DNA from: a virus
Virus record (IMG/VR): IMGVR_UViG_3300005647_000015
Reading direction: 5' to 3' (one strand)
DNA length: 34,303 nt
Of the stretch, positions 31,599-34,303 are shown piece by piece. The stretch's first letter is position 1, and every line of letters starts with the position of its first letter. The translations under genes were made by a program, and so were the position numbers. The notes beneath the pieces were generated by a model. That model did not search any database, was not told where the DNA came from, and saw only the letters and a program-made list of their open reading frames with translations.

Positions 31599-31820
31599 TT
31601 ACTTGCTGTTTTTTTTGACACGTTTCACTCTTCTTTCAAAAGGTTTTAAAGCTTCATTCATTATGAAAGTTATATAAGATCTTACAGCTTGACTAGGGAT
31701 TTTTTCTCCAAGCTCCCATGATTGATAAGTACGGTATGGAACATCTAAGGCTTCTGCCATCATTAACTGTGTGAGGCCCCATTTTTTTCTAAAGTTTGTT
31801 AAGACTTTGCTTTTTGCCAT
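31599..31820 (-). CDS. XRE-family helix-turn-helix transcriptional regulator (Cro/Aca-like).
   Basis: MAKSKVLTNFRKKWGLTQLMMAEALDVPYRTYQSWELGEKIPSQA contains the classic 'lTQ..lA..lgv....is.wE.G...P' HTH_3 pattern. Preferred start is ATG 31820 (the track start at 31829 is TTG), overlapping the upstream stop as TAATG. Confidence 0.75.
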   Translation of the reverse strand: MAKSKVLTNFRKKWGLTQLMMAEALDVPYRTYQSWELGEKIPSQAVRSYITFIMNEALKPFERRVKRVKKNSK

Positions 31821-31960
31821 TATTTCCAACTTTCTAGAATCTTCTTCCAGCGCTTTAGGTCGCTTTGATACATTTTTTTATACTCTATATTAGTTTCTTT
31901 TAATATATCGTGTTCTAATACATTAACTCTATTAAGTGCATATTCTTTTAAATTATCCAT
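31820..31960 (-). CDS. 46-aa ORF, second gene of the early mini-operon.
   Basis: Hand-translated: MDNLKEYALNRVNVLEHDILKETNIEYKKMYQSDLKRWKKILESWK. Its ATG overlaps the upstream stop (ATGGATAA), and its stop overlaps the HTH ATG. Confidence 0.4.
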   Translation of the reverse strand: MDNLKEYALNRVNVLEHDILKETNIEYKKMYQSDLKRWKKILESWK

Positions 31961-32117
31961 TGATCAACTCCAAAGACTTAGACCATTTAGTAGCTTTCTT
32001 AAGATAAGCTGCTTCATCAGTCATGTTTTTACTTTGCTTGGCTTTATCAATGTAAAACTTAATTTTTTGTTTTGCTGTAGTTACGAATGGATCTGTATTT
32101 GTATTTGTTTTGCTCAT
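31953..32117 (-). CDS. 54-aa ORF, first gene of the early mini-operon, apparently leaderless.
   Basis: Hand-translated: MSKTNTNTDPFVTTAKQKIKFYIDKAKQSKNMTDEAAYLKKATKWSKSLELING. ATG 32117 lies 6 nt downstream of the -10 hexamer. Confidence 0.4.
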   Translation of the reverse strand: MSKTNTNTDPFVTTAKQKIKFYIDKAKQSKNMTDEAAYLKKATKWSKSLELING

Positions 32118-32123
32118 ACTTAT

Positions 32124-32152
32124 AGTATACACACTAAGTGCGTTTAATGCAA
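32124..32152 (-). promoter_or_regulatory. Sigma70-type promoter, TTGCAT-N17-TATACT, with an imperfect palindrome in the spacer.
   Basis: Minus strand reads TTGCATtaaacgcacttagtgtgTATACTataagtATG. The -35 is at 32152..32147 and the -10 at 32129..32124. The spacer holds ACGCACT-T-AGTGTGT, with arms matching 6 of 7. Confidence 0.65.
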
Positions 32153-32178
32153 GTAAATAATGGTACTAAAATGGGGGC

Positions 32179-32385
32179 TCATTTTGATACTGAATTATTT
32201 GATTCATGCTGTTTCTTAAAAGCTTCCAATCTATGTGTAGAGATTCTATCAGCAAAATTAAGAACAAAGCGCGCGCGCTCTCTATCGGTTCTGTAACTTC
32301 TTAGATCTCTTATCACTTGCTTTTCCATTGGTGTAGGCTCTCCTAGTATTGCATTGACTTTGTTTTTTAGGATTTTACGCTTCAT
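32179..32385 (-). CDS. Hypothetical small basic protein.
   Basis: 68-aa ORF with a 4-nt overlap with the upstream gene. Confidence 0.5.
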   Translation of the reverse strand: MKRKILKNKVNAILGEPTPMEKQVIRDLRSYRTDRERARFVLNFADRISTHRLEAFKKQHESNNSVSK

Positions 32386-32741
32386 TTAATTAACCTCACT
32401 TTATGCCAGTACTGCTGTACATGTTCTTTTGGTGTCTCTTTTACTCTAAGAGGGGGCCTTATCTGTAGGCTTTCCCCTTTTCTAAAAAACTTCGCTTTGA
32501 TGCCCTTGGCTGCTTCCCATGATAATTTCAAAGGCTTTCCATTTCCATCATGCATCCCATATATAAAAGATACCCAATATTCACCCTCTATAGGCTGCAC
32601 TCTAAAATCAATAACTAAGCCGCTCTCATGTTTCACTAGATAGCCTATGCCGTGTTTATCTAACACTTTCCAATCTGATGACATCGTGGCCTGCTCAAAT
32701 CTAAACAGCCAATCCTTTTGCGCTTTATGCATCTTCTGCAT
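32382..32741 (-). CDS. Hypothetical protein.
   Basis: 119-aa ORF. No motif recognised. Confidence 0.55.
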   Translation of the reverse strand: MQKMHKAQKDWLFRFEQATMSSDWKVLDKHGIGYLVKHESGLVIDFRVQPIEGEYWVSFIYGMHDGNGKPLKLSWEAAKGIKAKFFRKGESLQIRPPLRVKETPKEHVQQYWHKVRLIK

Positions 32742-32973
32742 TTCCTAAAGAAGAGCCGCACCAAATTAGAGACTCTTTTAATTTTTTGATTGATAGGGCT
32801 TTTTGTTTGTTTTCAGGGCAAATAAGAAAAACCTGCTCTACTATTTCTTTATGTAAATTAGTTAAAATTTCTAATCTTTTTTTTTGATCAGGATTAGGAT
32901 TAACAAAATTATAAAACAATTTTAGCTCTTTAATGACGGTAAATCTATCGTCACTTTCGGTTTTCTTTTCCAT
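32725..32973 (-). CDS. Small conserved phage protein of the '..KL.E..-W' helix family, a distant paralog of 6321..6521.
   Basis: ..NPNPDQKKRLEILTNLHKEIVEQVFLICPENKQKALSIKKLKESLIWCGSSLG is colinear with ..QPNEKSIVELQLVRNKANELYELINTVLKESREKSITITKLEEVAMWANKAIV. Confidence 0.55.
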   Translation of the reverse strand: MEKKTESDDRFTVIKELKLFYNFVNPNPDQKKRLEILTNLHKEIVEQVFLICPENKQKALSIKKLKESLIWCGSSLGNAEDA

Positions 32974-33043
32974 TGCCTTATTTTTATATCAAGTAAGAGA
33001 ATAAAACCAAAAATAAAAACAGTGCTGCTTAAAATTAATAAAA

Positions 33044-33445
33044 CTAATCTGAATAACTCCAACATAAAACCTCAATTCTAGAATTTTTTTTGTCGTTGTC
33101 AAAACGCTCTACAAAGAACGCTTTTATTTGTTTATCATCTTCATAAAAACCAAAACCATAATTTGTTTTAGCCTGTAAAGCATCGCATAAACTTTTCCAT
33201 CTATCAGGTACATCTCCACTTTTTGTTTTACGATACCATTTTATGCAAAAAAATACGTCCCCGTCAAAAGGTATTATACTTTGATCAACACACTCTGCTT
33301 TAACATAATCAAAATAATTTCTATTCGCTTTGTTTTTAACAAGCCTTCCATTAACAGGAATTAATCTATGATTTGTTATAGGTGGGACATCAAAAGTGCA
33401 TTTGTTTACTTTGCGATTCCTTGGCGGCTTTAAGTCCATCTTCAT
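33044..33445 (-). CDS. rusA: RusA-family Holliday junction resolvase.
   Basis: ..FDVPPITNHRLIPVNGRLVKNKANRNYFDYV...FDGDVFFCIKWYRKTKSGDVPDRWKSLCDALQ...GFYEDDKQIKAFFVERF matches the RusA pattern 'pPS.N......gr...s...+.y.........p..g.v.v.i.f......D.DN..K...Dal....v..DD.qi..l...k'. Its start overlaps the upstream gene by about 50 nt. Confidence 0.7.
   Translation of the reverse strand: MKMDLKPPRNRKVNKCTFDVPPITNHRLIPVNGRLVKNKANRNYFDYVKAECVDQSIIPFDGDVFFCIKWYRKTKSGDVPDRWKSLCDALQAKTNYGFGFYEDDKQIKAFFVERFDNDKKNSRIEVLCWSYSD
33075..33102 (-). promoter_or_regulatory. Candidate internal promoter, TTGACA-N16-TAGAAT, inside the 3' end of the RusA gene.
   Basis: Minus strand reads TTGACAacgacaaaaaaaattcTAGAAT. 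The -35 is at 33102..33097 and the -10 at 33080..33075. It would transcribe 32973 onward. It could be a chance match in AT-rich DNA. Confidence 0.3.
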
Positions 33446-33794
33446 ACCCTTTTTGATAAGCTATATCTATTTTACGTTTCTTTTTAATTCTTACACTTGG
33501 ACTTTTTCCGTTCCATTTCCATACTGTAGCAATCCGCCCTGTAACATTGCATTCTCTTTTATCGTATCTGATTAGGCATTTTCTTTCTTCAAGCTCAATA
33601 CACCTTGCTCTTATGTTTGTAAAAGTTACGTTTTCAGTATCCATAAATGTTAAAAGCTCTCTAGCAGTATTGGCTCCATACTCCATGAAATAAGCTAAAA
33701 TATTTAGTTGGTTTCTTCCTATTAATCCGCTTTCTAAAACTTCTTTATACACTTGTTTAGAAATAGGATTTATATTTGGTTCGTAAATTTCCAC
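33390..33794 (-). CDS. Winged-helix (MarR-like) DNA-binding protein.
   Basis: ..NILAYFMEYGANTARELLTFMDTENVTFTNIRARCIELEERKCLIRYDKRECNVTGRIATVWKWNG fits helix-turn-helix plus a beta-wing ('T.rEl.......v..R..eLe..g.i........tgr....w'). Confidence 0.5.
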   Translation of the reverse strand: MEIYEPNINPISKQVYKEVLESGLIGRNQLNILAYFMEYGANTARELLTFMDTENVTFTNIRARCIELEERKCLIRYDKRECNVTGRIATVWKWNGKSPSVRIKKKRKIDIAYQKGYEDGLKAAKESQSKQMHF

Positions 33795-33796
33795 CC

Positions 33797-33988
33797 TTAA
33801 TCCTCCGCATCATACATAAACGATACCCATGTATGCACTAAGTCTATTTTCTTTTCTTCATCTTCATCTAATAAGCCCCATGTTATTAAATCTTCTTTTA
33901 AGTCTGCTGGGTTTTTGTCTGAAGCCTGCATGTAAAGCCTGTTCCATTTAAAATCTACTGGTGGTTCTATATCGTGATCATAGTTCAT
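33797..33988 (-). CDS. Small acidic hypothetical protein.
   Basis: 63-aa ORF rich in D/E. Its start overlaps the annealing-protein stop by 4 nt. Confidence 0.5.
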   Translation of the reverse strand: MNYDHDIEPPVDFKWNRLYMQASDKNPADLKEDLITWGLLDEDEEKKIDLVHTWVSFMYDAED

Positions 33989-34303
33989 ATTGGCAACACC
34001 TCTTGAACTATATCTTTATGCGCTTCTTTAGCTTGTTCTAAAATCTCTTCACACTCTGCTGCATTTAACTTCATTAAAGTTTTTCCAGAACATTCTTTTA
34101 CAAATCTATTAAAGGTTTCTATATCACCTTCAAAAGGTCCGTTTGTATCTACACAAAAATCAAAAAGCTTTTCACGCCATTCTTGAATTTCTGTTTCATC
34201 TGGAGTTTTAACTAATTCCTTAACTGCATTACCTTGCAATCCATCTACTGGGCTATCATCTTCAAGAATAGATAAACCTAGTGAAGATAAAATAGCTCTT
34301 CTC
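33985..34303 (-). CDS. Single-strand annealing protein, C-terminal part. This is the same gene as 1..533, read through the circular junction.
   Basis: The track ORF 33985..34239 begins at an internal TTG. The frame stays open up to the window end, and nt 34214..34303 duplicate nt 1..90, so ..VDGLQGNAVKE|LVKTPDETEIQEW.. is continuous. Confidence 0.6.
   Translation of the reverse strand, partial: RRAILSSLGLSILEDDSPVDGLQGNAVKELVKTPDETEIQEWREKLFDFCVDTNGPFEGDIETFNRFVKECSGKTLMKLNAAECEEILEQAKEAHKDIVQEVLPI
34214..34303. repeat. Terminal direct repeat, copy 2 (identical to 1..90).
   Basis: 90/90 identity to the window start. Confidence 0.95.

Noticed and set aside
31599-31960. Toxin-antitoxin pair (small ORF plus XRE HTH), or a lysogeny switch implying a temperate lifestyle.
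   Set aside because: The upstream ORF (46 aa) is too small for HigB/RelE-type toxins and shows no toxin motif. There is no integrase, excisionase, partition gene or divergent cI-like repressor in the genome.
1-34303. CRISPR arrays, tRNA genes, rRNA, and insertion sequences/transposases.
   Set aside because: I saw no regularly spaced direct repeats, no cloverleaf-compatible sequences in the few intergenic gaps, and no transposase- or integrase-like ORFs.

Overview
This window is a complete tailed dsDNA phage genome. The first 90 nt (1..90) are identical to the last 90 nt (34214..34303), so the unique sequence is 34,213 bp, and it is circular or circularly permuted. The junction falls inside a gene, a RecT/Bet-like annealing protein, so the repeat looks like an assembly overlap rather than physical genome ends. 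The sequence is AT-rich and tightly packed. Every credible gene is on the minus strand, and all plus-strand ORFs look like antisense shadows.

Gene order, read 5'->3' on the minus strand:
- Early and regulatory genes (34239->30862): annealing-protein C-terminus, winged-helix protein, RusA resolvase, small unknown proteins, then a promoter-driven operon of tiny ORFs ending in an XRE-type HTH.
- A lipoprotein gene with its own promoter (30746->30297).
- Packaging and head genes (30261->22912): putative small terminase, GNAT-like protein, lysine-rich protein, TerL, portal, scaffold and major capsid, followed by a strong intrinsic terminator.
- Podovirus-like tail and internal-protein genes (22831->11132): two tandem paralogs, an adaptor-like protein, a glycine-rich protein, a 1167-aa tail protein, a Q/N-rich fibre with an S74 chaperone domain, and two large internal proteins.
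- A histidine-kinase-like gene with no sensor domain (11045->10368).
- Lysis cassette 1 (10367->9176), including a T5-type M15 endolysin.
- Two receptor-binding-type proteins (9172->6780).
- Lysis cassette 2 (6775->5836), with overlapped i/o-spanin-like genes.
- A 420-nt ORF-free structured region (5835->5414).
- An HNH-like gene, three tandem small paralogs and mini-ORFs (5413->4002).
- An orphan beta-class DNA methyltransferase, an RHH/Phg_2220_C protein and the recombination module (3297->1, wrapping to the annealing protein).

I found no integrase, DNA polymerase, primase, helicase, tRNA or CRISPR array. Spanin-like genes and the endolysin type point to a Gram-negative host.

The items I consider most worth follow-up are:
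- the phage-borne histidine-kinase-like protein, which has Tyr where the phospho-acceptor His should be;
- the acr/aca-like leaderless mini-operon;
- the TACACA/TGTGTA palindromes shared by four regulatory regions;
- the structured ORF-free region next to the HNH-like gene;
- the two separate spanin solutions.

All functional calls come from reading motifs by eye. No database search was possible.
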